NCBI GenBank assembly: GCA_049515295.1
Contig: JBEKUF010000002.1
Coordinates: 5,230 to 69,229 of the forward strand
Reading direction: 5' to 3'
Length of the DNA: 64,000 nt
From: Verrucomicrobiia bacterium
GTDB taxonomy: Bacteria > Verrucomicrobiota > Verrucomicrobiia > Palsa-1439
The translations under genes and the position numbers were made by a program. Of the stretch, positions 38,801 through 47,830 are shown one piece after another (the first letter of the stretch is position 1; each line of letters starts with the position of its first letter). A model generated the notes under the pieces. The model had not been told where the DNA came from. It did no database searches and was given only the letters and a program-made list of their open reading frames with translations.

Positions 38801-39468
38801 TCGCGCGCCTGGAAAAATACATCCGGGTTCTGCGCCGTGCCTCGGAGCACGGGACGATCCGGTGTCAATGCCCGGGCGCGATGCGCCAGCACCAGCCCAT
38901 CGTCGATCATCGCGCGCATGTCGTCTTCCGTCAGCACCTCGATTTTCGTAACCTCGTGCGACGTGCGAAAGCCGTCAAAGAAATGCAGGAATGGCACCCG
39001 CGCTTCGAGCGTGGCCGCTTGCGCGATCAGCGCCAGGTCGTGCGCCTCCTGCACCGTGTTCGAACACAGCATCGCCCAACCGCTCGCGCGGGCGGCCATG
39101 ACGTCGCCGTGGTCGCCAAAAATCGACAGCGCATGCGTGGCCAACGAGCGTGCGGCGATGTGGAACACCGCCGGAGTCAATTCTCCCGCAATCTTGAACA
39201 TGTTCGGGATCATCAGCAGCAGTCCCTGGGACGCCGTGAACGTCGTCGACAGCGAACCGGTCTGCAACGCGCCGTGAATCGCGCCCGCCGCCCCGCCTTC
39301 GCTCTGCATTTCGACCACGGAGGGCACGGTGCCCCAAATGTTGGGGATACCCTGCGCGGCCCATTCGTCCGCCCATTCGCCCATCGGCGAGGAGGGTGTG
39401 ATCGGATAAATGGCTATGGCTTCATTCGTGCGATAGGCCACATGGGCCACCGCTTCGTTTCCGTCCAT
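35893..39468 (-). CDS. nifJ: pyruvate:ferredoxin (flavodoxin) oxidoreductase, single-chain
   Basis: About 1190 aa; N-terminal MDGNEAVAHVAYRTNE...IYPITPSS, two 4Fe-4S motifs (CIQCGKCAMVCP, CTGCALCVDVCP), TPP-binding GDGW. Confidence 0.9.
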   Translation of the reverse strand: MDGNEAVAHVAYRTNEAIAIYPITPSSPMGEWADEWAAQGIPNIWGTVPSVVEMQSEGGAAGAIHGALQTGSLSTTFTASQGLLLMIPNMFKIAGELTPAVFHIAARSLATHALSIFGDHGDVMAARASGWAMLCSNTVQEAHDLALIAQAATLEARVPFLHFFDGFRTSHEVTKIEVLTEDDMRAMIDDGLVLAHRARALTPDRPVLRGTAQNPDVFFQARETCNPFYDGCADIVQRAMDKFAKLTGRAYHLFDYHGAPDAERVVVLMGSGCEAAYETVDYLVKHGEKVGVMMVRLYRPFDVTRFAAALPARVKALAVLDRTKEPGGTGEPLYLDAITALHEAGRSGIKVVGGRYGLSSKEFTPAMVKAVFDNLAAAKPKNHFTVGIVDDVSKTSLEVDPSFSTESPRTVRALFYGLGADGTVGANKNSIKIIGEDTDNYAQGYFVYDSKKSGSTTVSHLRFGPEPIHSTYLVSQANFVACHQPVFLERYDILKETIPGGTFLLNTPCGPDEIWGKLPRVYQEHIVTKKLKVHVIDAVKVARDSGMGGRINTVMQVCFFAISGVLPAEEAIEAIKNSIRKTYGKKGDEIVQMNLKAVDNTLAHLHEVRVPARIESTIELPPPVSAAAPEFVRGVLGEIMAGRGDSLPVSRLPIDGTFPTATARWEKRNIALEIPVWDTVVCIQCGKCAMVCPHGVIRAKVYEPKVLESAPATFKSAEAKDRDWKALGLKYTLQVAPEDCTGCALCVDVCPARNKSQTRLKAINMAPQPALREPEAKNWEFFLNIPEVDRRKIKVSSIPHQQLQRPLFEFSGACAGCGETPYLKLASQLFGDRMIAANATGCSSIYGGNLPTTPWAVDANGRGPAWSNSLFEDNAEFGLGFRISIDKQKEFAGELVRKLAAAIGDGLAGAILKADQKDEAGIFDQRERIAVLKAKLKTVDSAEARTLLAIADMLVKKSVWIIGGDGWAYDIGFGGLDHVLASGRNVNVLVLDTEVYSNTGGQCSKSTPRSAVAKFAAGGKPSAKKDLGLIAMTYGNVYVASVAMGARDEHTLRAFLEAEAYDGPSLIIAYSHCIAHGINMTTGMQDQKVAVNSGQWLLYRFDPRRVSSGENPLQLDSRKPAQPLEQYLMMENRFKMLTKSKPDRAKVLFRMAQEDAETRFKFYEYMAGRKTKPDVAAVAQATADPSTSVTA

Positions 39469-39521
39469 CGTTACGAATTCTCGTGAGTTGGTTTTCATTC
39501 CTTAAATGTCGTCCTTGGATT

Positions 39522-40532
39522 TCAGCAAATACGTGGCAAATCTTCTCCCGTCGGCATGTCGATGATTCGTTCGCCGCCAATCGTGGTGCGCATCAGCGCC
39601 ATGCCCTCGGGTTTCGCGCTGACCTCGCCGATGATGCGCGCCGGCCGGCCTGCCGGGTGGTCCTTCATGGCTGCCAGCACCCGCTCGGCGTCCTTGGCGC
39701 TGCAAAACACCAACACTTTTCCTTCATTGGCAATCGTCAGCGGATCCAGTCCGAGCAAATCACACGCGCCCCGCACCTCGCCGCCGATGGGGATGGCCTC
39801 TTCAAATAATCGAATGCCCACGTTCGACGCCCGCGCGATGTCGCACACCGCAGCGGCGACGCCACCACGGGTCGGATCGCGCATCGCCCGGATTCGAGCG
39901 CCCGTATCGAGTATGGTCTTCACCAGCGGCCACAGCGGCGCGCAATCACTCGTCACGCTCGTTTGGAACGCCACACCTTCGCGACGACTCATCACCGCCA
40001 CGCCATGCTCCCCGATTGGGCCGTTGATAATCACGGCGTCGCCCGGTTTCACGTTGGCGCTGCCCAGCCAGTAGGGAACCGCGATCTTCCCGAGCCCGGC
40101 GGTGTTGATGTACACACCCTCGCATTTGCCACGCTCGACCACCTTGGTGTCGCCGGTCACGACTTGCGCCCCCACCTCGGCGGCAGCGGCGCGGACGGAA
40201 TCAATGATGGTTTGGAGGTCCGCCAGCGGCAGTCCTTCTTCCAAAATCAGGCTCAGACTCAGCCAGAACGGTTGCGCGCCCATCACCGCCAGATCGTTGA
40301 TGGTGCCGCACACGGCCAGCTTCCCGATGTCGCCCCCCGGAAACATGTAGGGTGTGACGACGTAGCTGTCGGTGGTGAACGCATAGCCGGAATTGCCCAT
40401 CACCAGCACCGCGCTATCGTCCAGCGGCTTCAGCAACGAATTTTCGAGCTGCGGCAGGAACACGGTCTCGATCAGTTCCCGTGTCAGGGAACCACCGCCG
40501 CCGTGCGCCAACAAAACGCGGTCACGCTTCAC
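39522..40532 (-). CDS. hypE: hydrogenase maturation protein HypE
   Basis: AHGGGG, AIR-synthase-like fold, C-terminal PRIC. Confidence 0.9.
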   Translation of the reverse strand: MKRDRVLLAHGGGGSLTRELIETVFLPQLENSLLKPLDDSAVLVMGNSGYAFTTDSYVVTPYMFPGGDIGKLAVCGTINDLAVMGAQPFWLSLSLILEEGLPLADLQTIIDSVRAAAAEVGAQVVTGDTKVVERGKCEGVYINTAGLGKIAVPYWLGSANVKPGDAVIINGPIGEHGVAVMSRREGVAFQTSVTSDCAPLWPLVKTILDTGARIRAMRDPTRGGVAAAVCDIARASNVGIRLFEEAIPIGGEVRGACDLLGLDPLTIANEGKVLVFCSAKDAERVLAAMKDHPAGRPARIIGEVSAKPEGMALMRTTIGGERIIDMPTGEDLPRIC

Positions 40533-41593
40533 GCCACCACCCGCTCATATTTGTAATACGCCGCGCAGGCTCCCTCACTGGACACCATGCACGGCCCAAT
40601 CGGATGCGCGGGCGAGCACGGGTGCCCAAACAGCCGGCAATCCAGCGGTGTCGAAATCCCCCGCAGCACCGAACCGCATCGACAGAGAGGATTCACATGC
40701 GCCTCGGTAAACTTCACTTCCAACACCTTCGCGGCATTGAAACGCTCGTATTTCTCCCGGATCCCCAGGCCGCTGCCGGGAATCGTGCCGATGCCGCGCC
40801 ACACGTCGTCACACGGCTCGAACACTTCGTTCATCAATTCCAGTGCCGCCCGGTTCCCGTATTCGCTGACCGAGCGGCTGTATTCGTTTTCAACCTCCGC
40901 GCGGCCTTCCGCAATCTGGCGCAGCAACATACCGACCGATTTCAAAATGTCCCATGCCTCAAACCCGCTGACCACGCAGGGAATCCAGTATCGCTCGCAA
41001 ATGAACCGATAGATCTGTGTCCCGGTGATGACGCTGACGTGACCCGGGCAAATGAATCCATCGATTCGCATGGCCGGGTCGCGCGCCAGCATGTCCATGG
41101 CGCGAGGCATTGTCTTGTGCGCGCACAACACGGAGAAATTTCGCAGGCCATCCCGTGCCGCGCGCCAGATCGCCCAGGCGACCGTCGGCGCGGTTGTCTC
41201 AAAGCCGACCCCCAGAAACACGACGTGCTTGGACGGGCACTCCCGGGCCAGCACCAGGGCATCGCTCGCGGAATAGACGATGCGAACGCTGGCGCCGCTG
41301 GCGCGTTCCCGTTCCAGAGAGGAATCAGTGCCCGGTACGCGCACGAGATCGCCGAACGTGGCCACGATGACCCCGGGACGCCGACACAACTCGATGGCCG
41401 CATCCAAATAACTGGGGTCCGTTACGCACACGGGGCAGCCGGGCCCGGAGATCAGACGAACGCTGTCCGGCAGCAACTGCCGCAGTCCCGACCGAAACGC
41501 CGCCATGGTATGCGTGCCGCACACCTCCATGAACCGCAGGTCGCGCCCCACCTGCCGCGCCTGTTCCTCGATGTTTGTCACCAAGGTCTTCAT
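40529..41593 (-). CDS. hypD: hydrogenase maturation protein HypD
   Basis: CGTH, GPGCPVC, FETT, CPVC motifs. Confidence 0.9.
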   Translation of the reverse strand: MKTLVTNIEEQARQVGRDLRFMEVCGTHTMAAFRSGLRQLLPDSVRLISGPGCPVCVTDPSYLDAAIELCRRPGVIVATFGDLVRVPGTDSSLERERASGASVRIVYSASDALVLARECPSKHVVFLGVGFETTAPTVAWAIWRAARDGLRNFSVLCAHKTMPRAMDMLARDPAMRIDGFICPGHVSVITGTQIYRFICERYWIPCVVSGFEAWDILKSVGMLLRQIAEGRAEVENEYSRSVSEYGNRAALELMNEVFEPCDDVWRGIGTIPGSGLGIREKYERFNAAKVLEVKFTEAHVNPLCRCGSVLRGISTPLDCRLFGHPCSPAHPIGPCMVSSEGACAAYYKYERVVA

Positions 41594-41817
41594 GTGATCG
41601 TCTCCCGCAAATCGGTGGCCGCACGAATCGCTTGCAGTTCCTCAACTTCGCTCTGGTCCCATCGGTGAATCGCGAATCCCGCGTGGACGAGCACGTAATC
41701 GCCCAGCCGCGGTTCCTCGATCAGGGACACATCCACGTCGCGCAAGATGCCATCGACGGAAATCGTCGCGGTGCAGTCGTGTAATTCCACAATCCGCGCT
41801 GGCACTGCTAGGCACAT
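41590..41817 (-). CDS. hypC: hydrogenase maturation chaperone HypC
   Basis: MCLAVPARIVEL N-terminus (Cys2); the 219-aa ORF in the track is an upstream extension. Confidence 0.8.
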   Translation of the reverse strand: MCLAVPARIVELHDCTATISVDGILRDVDVSLIEEPRLGDYVLVHAGFAIHRWDQSEVEELQAIRAATDLRETIT

Positions 41818-44069
41818 GTTCGTTTCATCCTCTCGACCGCAACCGCGGCCTGACCCAGAGCCAATCCCCCGTCGTTGGACGGCACGGCTGTGTTGATAAA
41901 CACACGGAAATGATGCGACTGAAGCGCTTCCACCGTGCGGCGCAGCAGCAACTCGTTCTGGAATACCCCGCCGGAAAGCGCTACGACGTTCAGGTCGCGC
42001 TGCCCGCGCAGCAAACGGCAGATTTGCAACACCGAGGCCGCCATGGAATTGTGAAACTTCGCGGAAATCTCTCCCGTCGTCACGCCCCGTCGGCGTTCCG
42101 TCACGATGGCGTGAATGGTCGGGCCGAAATCCAGTACCCACGGGCGCTCCCGCGTCTCGACGGAAAACGGGTATTGACCTGTCACGTGCGGGTCGGCGAT
42201 GGATTCCAGTCGGACTGCCGCTTGCGCCTCGTAGCTGGCCACGTCGCACAACCCCAGAATCGCCGCCACCGCGTCGAATAGCCGGCCCGCGCTGGACGTT
42301 AGCGGCGAATTGAACTTGGCTTGGACCATTTTCTGGATCAGGCCCGTCTTGAATCGCGAAAGCCTTCCGCGGACTACGTCCGTCAAGCCTTCATCGGCCA
42401 ACACGCTGGCGGCCATGCGCCAGGGCTCTTGGATGGCTTTGTCGCCACCGGGTAGCCGATAGCTCTTGAAATGACCGACCCGCTCGAAATCGCACCGGTC
42501 GGCCACCATGAACTCGCCGCCCCAAATCGTGTCGTCGGTGCCGTAACCCGTGCCATCGAGGGCGACTCCAATCAGCGGATCGTGCAGATCATGCTCGGCC
42601 ATCACACTGGCGACGTGGGCGTGGTGATGCTGCACGCCTACGCGGTGCGAAACCGGCGCGATGGCGGCGAACCGCGTGGACAGGTAGGCGGGATGCAGGT
42701 CGTGCGCAATCACCTGGGGTTCGATCCGCATCAACTTCTCCCAGGATTCGATCTCGGACAAAAACTGGCTGTAGGTCTTGTAATCCTTCAGATCGCCCAG
42801 GTGCTGGGAGAGGAAGGCGTTGCCACCGCGTACGAGGCAAAACGTGTTCTTCAATTCGCCGCCCACCGCCAGAATTTGCGGAGAATCCTCTGCGATGCGA
42901 ATCGGATTCGGCACAAAACCGCGCGCGCGACGAATAAACTGGCGCTGGCCATTGACGACGCGCACCACGGAATCGTCACACTTGTGGACGATGGGACGAT
43001 CGTGCGTGAGCGCCGCGTCCGCAATCGGTCCCAGCACCACCGGCAGCTCCGACTCGTCGCTGATAATGGGCTCGTCCGTGAGGTTGGCGCTGGTCATGAC
43101 CAGTGCGTCGAAGTCTTCGAACAACAGGTGGTGCACCGGCGCGTAGGGCAGGAATGCGCCGACGTTGTTCGCATCCGGTGAAACTTCCTTCGCCAGAGAT
43201 CGCACGCTGGGCCGGAGCGATACCAGCACAATCGGCCGCGCCGCGCTCAACAGTTCCGCCTCCTCGGCTTCACTGATCGCACAAAACTTCTGGAGAGTGG
43301 GGATGTCGCGGAACATGACGGCCAGCGGTTTGTGCGCACGATGCTTGCGGGAGCGAAGACGCGCAACCGCTTCGGGATTGGCCGCGTCGCAAGCCAGATG
43401 GTAGCCGCCGACTCCCTTGATCGCAACAATGCGCCCACGACGAAGCAGTTCCTTCGTTCTTGACAGGTTCACGTCGTAATGCGTGATCCCGCTGGCGACA
43501 CGAAGCCGCAACTGCGGGCCGCAGCGCTGGCAGGCATTGGGCTGGGCATGAAAACGTCGGTCGCGTGGATTGTGATACTCGTGGTCGCAGGGCTCGCACA
43601 TCGGGAACTTCGACATCGATGTGCGGTCGCGATCGTACGGCAGATCGCGAACGATGGTGAAGCGCGGACCGCAATCCGTGCAGTTGATGAATGCGTGGCC
43701 GTTGCGGCGGTTGCTCGGGTCAAACAGCTCGTGCAGGCAGTCGTCGCAGGTGGCCAGGTCCGGCGCTATATGGACCGCCGGGTCGCCGTCCGGTTCGGAC
43801 TCGACCACCTCGAACCGTTTATAGCCCTTGCTATCGCAGACTTCCTTTTGAAACTCGGAGATCAGCGCCTGCTTGGGCGGCGCGCTGGCCAGCTGGTGGA
43901 AGAACGCGCCCACAATGAGTTCCTCACCCTCCACCTCGATGATCACCCCCTCAGGCGTGTTGCAGACGTACCCGCAAAGGCCGAACTGCGTCGCATACCG
44001 GAAAACGGTCGGACGGAAACCAACTCCCTGGACCCGGCCGGACACCCTGGCTCGTACGCAGGTCTTCAT
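41808..44069 (-). CDS. hypF: carbamoyltransferase HypF
   Basis: Acylphosphatase domain (VSGRVQGVGFRP), two Zn fingers (CDDC...CTDCGPR, CEPC...CQRCGP), YrdC and Kae1-like domains. Confidence 0.9.
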   Translation of the reverse strand: MKTCVRARVSGRVQGVGFRPTVFRYATQFGLCGYVCNTPEGVIIEVEGEELIVGAFFHQLASAPPKQALISEFQKEVCDSKGYKRFEVVESEPDGDPAVHIAPDLATCDDCLHELFDPSNRRNGHAFINCTDCGPRFTIVRDLPYDRDRTSMSKFPMCEPCDHEYHNPRDRRFHAQPNACQRCGPQLRLRVASGITHYDVNLSRTKELLRRGRIVAIKGVGGYHLACDAANPEAVARLRSRKHRAHKPLAVMFRDIPTLQKFCAISEAEEAELLSAARPIVLVSLRPSVRSLAKEVSPDANNVGAFLPYAPVHHLLFEDFDALVMTSANLTDEPIISDESELPVVLGPIADAALTHDRPIVHKCDDSVVRVVNGQRQFIRRARGFVPNPIRIAEDSPQILAVGGELKNTFCLVRGGNAFLSQHLGDLKDYKTYSQFLSEIESWEKLMRIEPQVIAHDLHPAYLSTRFAAIAPVSHRVGVQHHHAHVASVMAEHDLHDPLIGVALDGTGYGTDDTIWGGEFMVADRCDFERVGHFKSYRLPGGDKAIQEPWRMAASVLADEGLTDVVRGRLSRFKTGLIQKMVQAKFNSPLTSSAGRLFDAVAAILGLCDVASYEAQAAVRLESIADPHVTGQYPFSVETRERPWVLDFGPTIHAIVTERRRGVTTGEISAKFHNSMAASVLQICRLLRGQRDLNVVALSGGVFQNELLLRRTVEALQSHHFRVFINTAVPSNDGGLALGQAAVAVERMKRTCA

Positions 44070-44818
44070 TCGTGCGCGATCCCCGGGTGGTGGCTGCGGT
44101 GCGGATGTTGATGCGGCTGGATGATGCCGGCCAGATCCTGATAGGAGTGCGTGTGCGGTTCGATATGAAGTTCGCCCGCGCACACATGGTCGATCCAGTG
44201 GATCCATTCTTCGACGCCTTTGCGCGATTTGCAGGAAAGCTGGAAAACCGGCGCGTCGTGATTGAGTTGGCGAAAATCGCGGTAAAACTGCTCGTAATCA
44301 AAATCGGTGTGCGGGCCCAGGTCGATCTTGTTGAGTACGAGCGCGCCCACGGCGTGAAACAGCAATGGATACTTCGCCGGCTTGTCGTCGCCCTCGGTCA
44401 CGCTGAGGATCCCAACCTTGACCGTTTCTCCGAGATCGAATTCGGCCGGGCAGGCGATGTTCCCGACGTTCTCGATGAACAGCAAATCGATTTCATCCAG
44501 CTTCAATTGGTCGAGCCCGCGCCGAACCAGCGGCGCCTCGAGATGGCAGGCGCCCCCGGTAAGCAACTGGACAACCGGCACCCCGAGCTTTTTGATGCGT
44601 TCGGCATCGCGTGTCGTGGCGATGTCGCCCTCCAGCACCCCGATGCGGTGGCGTCCTTTCAGGAGTGGGATGGTCTTTTCCAACAGCGACGTCTTGCCGG
44701 CACCCGGTGAGCTGATGAGATTGATGGCCGTCACGTGCTTGCCTTCAAGGAGCCGGCGGTTGTGAGCAGCGATTTCGTCGTTCGCTTCCAGAACATTGCG
44801 CAAGACTTTGATGTTCAT
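44066..44818 (-). CDS. hypB: hydrogenase nickel-incorporation GTPase HypB (His-rich C-terminus)
   Basis: SPGAGKTSLL Walker A, ENVGNIACP, C-terminal HTHSYQD...HQHPHRSHHPGIAHE. Confidence 0.85.
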   Translation of the reverse strand: MNIKVLRNVLEANDEIAAHNRRLLEGKHVTAINLISSPGAGKTSLLEKTIPLLKGRHRIGVLEGDIATTRDAERIKKLGVPVVQLLTGGACHLEAPLVRRGLDQLKLDEIDLLFIENVGNIACPAEFDLGETVKVGILSVTEGDDKPAKYPLLFHAVGALVLNKIDLGPHTDFDYEQFYRDFRQLNHDAPVFQLSCKSRKGVEEWIHWIDHVCAGELHIEPHTHSYQDLAGIIQPHQHPHRSHHPGIAHE

Positions 44819-44952
44819 ACAATCCCACCCATGCGGTTAGCACTGCCGGTGCCACAGGAACTGACACATTTTCAACTGCTTGCACCGCAAATAGTTATAT
44901 GTCGAAGCGCCGATAATACTTCAGAGGCTGCGGGCGACACGCTGTCATTGCG

Positions 44953-45372
44953 CTACTCACAGTTCGACAACTTGTCAGCAGGCAAACAGGTGCGGGATTC
45001 CTTGGTCCCAGCACCTGCTTCAGTCGTCACAGCCTCGATATCCAGGCTTGTCAGCCGCAGCTCATCGCCCCGGAGCAAATCCGCGTCGATGGCAGCGCAT
45101 CGAGGGCACTCGAACCACTTGTCCTCGACCGCGAATTCCAAACCGCATTGTCTGCATCGGGCCGCTGCCTCGACTGGTTCGATGGACAACTGCGCACCTG
45201 CCAACGCGGTGTCTCGTATGGTGGCCTCGAAACAGAATTGCAGTGTCGTCCGTTCAACCTGACGGAGCGCGCCCAGGCAGACGTGCGCCGTCTTCAGCCG
45301 CGCCTCGGGATGGGCACGCAGTTCCTCCCGAATCATGCGAACAAGCTCCACGGCGATGGACAATTCATGCAT
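44953..45372 (-). CDS. hypA: hydrogenase nickel insertion protein HypA
   Basis: MHELSIA N-terminus, CxxC-x12-CxxC zinc finger (CRQCG...CPRCA). Confidence 0.75.
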   Translation of the reverse strand: MHELSIAVELVRMIREELRAHPEARLKTAHVCLGALRQVERTTLQFCFEATIRDTALAGAQLSIEPVEAAARCRQCGLEFAVEDKWFECPRCAAIDADLLRGDELRLTSLDIEAVTTEAGAGTKESRTCLPADKLSNCE

Positions 45373-45847
45373 GCGCGGCCTCACTTTCCCACCCGCGTGC
45401 GCCCTGCTCTGTCAATGGCAGGACCAGTGGTGAGATTTGCCGCACCGCCTCTCTCGCGGCGCATTCGGTCGGGGCAGATAACGTCGTCCCGAAATTGAAA
45501 TCATGCCCCCGGATACTGAAGAGAAACGCACGGGGCGCGTGGCCGAAGAGCGTCACCGCCAGTTCCAACAGGTCGCTCGGCGTTAGATAGTGCGCGACCG
45601 CGTGACCGCGAAAGTTCGGTTTGACAAGTGTGCGCGCCATCGGCCGCGGACTTTGCGGAACGGCTGCGTCCACAAAGACCACCGTATCGAAGCGGCTGAT
45701 GACTTCCGCATGATCGATGTCGAGTTGATGTGACGTGAGCAACTCCACGCCGGGCAACTCCAGCTCCGCAAGACGCTCCACTACGAACCAGCCAACGCCA
45801 TCGTCGTTGCGGCTGCGGTTGCCGTAACCGAGCACCAGGGCTTTCAT
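45365..45847 (-). CDS. hoxW: hydrogenase maturation endopeptidase (HoxW/HycI family)
   Basis: LVLGYGNRSRNDDGVGW motif. Confidence 0.7.
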   Translation of the reverse strand: MKALVLGYGNRSRNDDGVGWFVVERLAELELPGVELLTSHQLDIDHAEVISRFDTVVFVDAAVPQSPRPMARTLVKPNFRGHAVAHYLTPSDLLELAVTLFGHAPRAFLFSIRGHDFNFGTTLSAPTECAAREAVRQISPLVLPLTEQGARGWESEAAHA

Positions 45848-47292
45848 GCGGCACCTTCATCCCGTGTGAGGGTCTGCAGCACACGACCGTCCCCGTCGAC
45901 CAATTCGACATGGATGGGCATCTGGCCAACCGCGTGTGTCGAGCAACTCAGGCACGGGTCGTAACAGCGAATGGCCGCCTCGACGCGATTGAGCATGCCT
46001 TCCTGCAATTGCTGCGACTTCACGTACTTTTCCGCAACCGCTTTCACGGCGCGGTTCATCGCCAGGTTGTTGTTCCCCGTGGCCACGATCAGATTAACCC
46101 TCTCGACGCGGCCCGCTTCGTCGACCCAGTAATGGTGGAACAATGTGCCACGCGGCGCCTCGATGACGCCGACGCCCTGCTCGTGGACCGGTCGCGCGTT
46201 CACCAGGGTTGCCGTGCTGCAAATCTCGCGGTCTCGGAGCAGTTCTTCGATTCGCTCCAGCGCATAGACGATCTCGATCAGCCGCGCCCAGTGATAGTAG
46301 AACGAGCTTCGCCGCGGCGGGACACACTGCGACCGCCATTCCTGCAGTTCATCGTTCGCTCGCGGCGTCGAGACCCGGTCCACGATATTCAGGCGGGCCA
46401 GCGGCCCGACCCGGTACATACCGTCTGGATAACCCAGCGACTTGATGAACGGGAATTTCAGGTACGACCAGTCTTCTGTCGTCTCCGCAATCACGTTGAG
46501 GTAGTTGGCCGGGTCGATCTGGTCTTCGAGGATGTTGGCCTTCGTGTCGCAAAACCGCAGTCGGCCATCGTAGTGTTCCAGCGAACCATCCGGCCGCACC
46601 AACCCCATGAAGTTGGAGTCGAAGCACGCGAAATCTTCCACCTCCGGCAAATGGGTTGCCTGGTATTTCTTCAACAAATCGAGGGCGAACCCAGCGTGTT
46701 CCATGGCTTCCGGCAGACCGGCCAGCATTTCGTCCCGCTCGGATTGGGTGAGCGCCTTGTTCACGCCGCCGGGCACGGGAAAATCGGCGTGGATCTTGCG
46801 ACCGCCTGTGAGCTTGATGACTTCCTGGCCGAACTTGCGCAGTCGAATCCCGCGCTTCGCGATATCGGGATGCTGCTGAATCAAGCCAATAATGTTGCGC
46901 GAGGCCGGGTCGCTGTCGAATCCCAGCAGCAAATCCGGCGCGCTTAAATGGAAGAAACTCAGGGCGTGAGACTGCGTCAGTTGGCCCATGTGCAATAATT
47001 CGCGCAGGAGCTTCGCCGGACGGGGGATTTCCACGCCGAGGATCGCGTCGCAGGCCTTCGCGCTGGCCAGCATATGGCTCACCGGACAAATTCCGCAGAT
47101 GCGGGCGGTGATTTGCGGCATCTCGGCAAAAAACCGGCCTTCGCAGAATTTCTCAAACCCGCGGAATTCGACCACATGGAACCGCGCGTCCGCCACATTG
47201 CCCGCGTCGTCGAGCTGTATGGTGATCTTGGCGTGGCCCTCGATGCGGGTGACGGGATTGATCGTGATGATGTTGGCGTTGGGCTCAGTCAT
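45844..47292 (-). CDS. hoxH: [NiFe] hydrogenase large subunit, group 3 (bidirectional NAD(P)-linked type)
   Basis: [11 protein letters not shown]-terminal and [10 protein letters not shown]-terminal Ni-Fe ligands. Confidence 0.85.
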   Translation of the reverse strand: MTEPNANIITINPVTRIEGHAKITIQLDDAGNVADARFHVVEFRGFEKFCEGRFFAEMPQITARICGICPVSHMLASAKACDAILGVEIPRPAKLLRELLHMGQLTQSHALSFFHLSAPDLLLGFDSDPASRNIIGLIQQHPDIAKRGIRLRKFGQEVIKLTGGRKIHADFPVPGGVNKALTQSERDEMLAGLPEAMEHAGFALDLLKKYQATHLPEVEDFACFDSNFMGLVRPDGSLEHYDGRLRFCDTKANILEDQIDPANYLNVIAETTEDWSYLKFPFIKSLGYPDGMYRVGPLARLNIVDRVSTPRANDELQEWRSQCVPPRRSSFYYHWARLIEIVYALERIEELLRDREICSTATLVNARPVHEQGVGVIEAPRGTLFHHYWVDEAGRVERVNLIVATGNNNLAMNRAVKAVAEKYVKSQQLQEGMLNRVEAAIRCYDPCLSCSTHAVGQMPIHVELVDGDGRVLQTLTRDEGAA

Positions 47293-47830
47293 AACGCATG
47301 TTGGCGGGGGTCCATACGGGTTTGCGGCCGGCAAGCAACTCGGTCACGGCGTACCAGATGGCATCGGCATCCGGCGGGCAGCCCGGAATATGCGCATCCA
47401 CGTTCACGAACTCCTGGATGGGCCGCACCTTCGTCAATAACTTCGGCACGTCGGGCGCGCCAGGGACTCCGCCCGCCTGTGTGCTTTCGGTTTCGACGTA
47501 ACCGCGTTCCAACACGTCGGCGAGCTTCTGTTGGTTGCGCAACGCGGGGATGTTGCCGGTCAGCGCGCAATCGCCGAGCGCGACCAGCACCTTGCAGCGG
47601 CGGCGCATCGTGCGCAGGACGCGCTCGTTCTCGTCGTTGCACACGGCCCCTTCGACGATCCCCACGTCCACCTCCGGGATTTCTTTTACGTCGGTGATCG
47701 GGCTGGCGGTGAACTCGACCAGCCTCGCCAGGTCCATCAGCCGCTCGTCCAGGTCCAGAAACGACATGTGACATCCGGAACAACCACCGAGCCACGCCGT
47801 GGCCACTTTGATTTTCGGTTGATCGCTCAT
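47285..47830 (-). CDS. hoxY: [NiFe] hydrogenase small subunit, group 3
   Basis: [21 protein letters not shown]; GDCA; HIPGCPP. Confidence 0.8.
   Translation of the reverse strand: MSDQPKIKVATAWLGGCSGCHMSFLDLDERLMDLARLVEFTASPITDVKEIPEVDVGIVEGAVCNDENERVLRTMRRRCKVLVALGDCALTGNIPALRNQQKLADVLERGYVETESTQAGGVPGAPDVPKLLTKVRPIQEFVNVDAHIPGCPPDADAIWYAVTELLAGRKPVWTPANMRYD

Noticed and set aside
41590-42249. 219-aa minus-strand ORF
   Set aside because: Only the last 75 codons (from MCLAVPA) are HypC; the upstream portion overlaps hypF in another frame and is Arg/Gly-rich junk.
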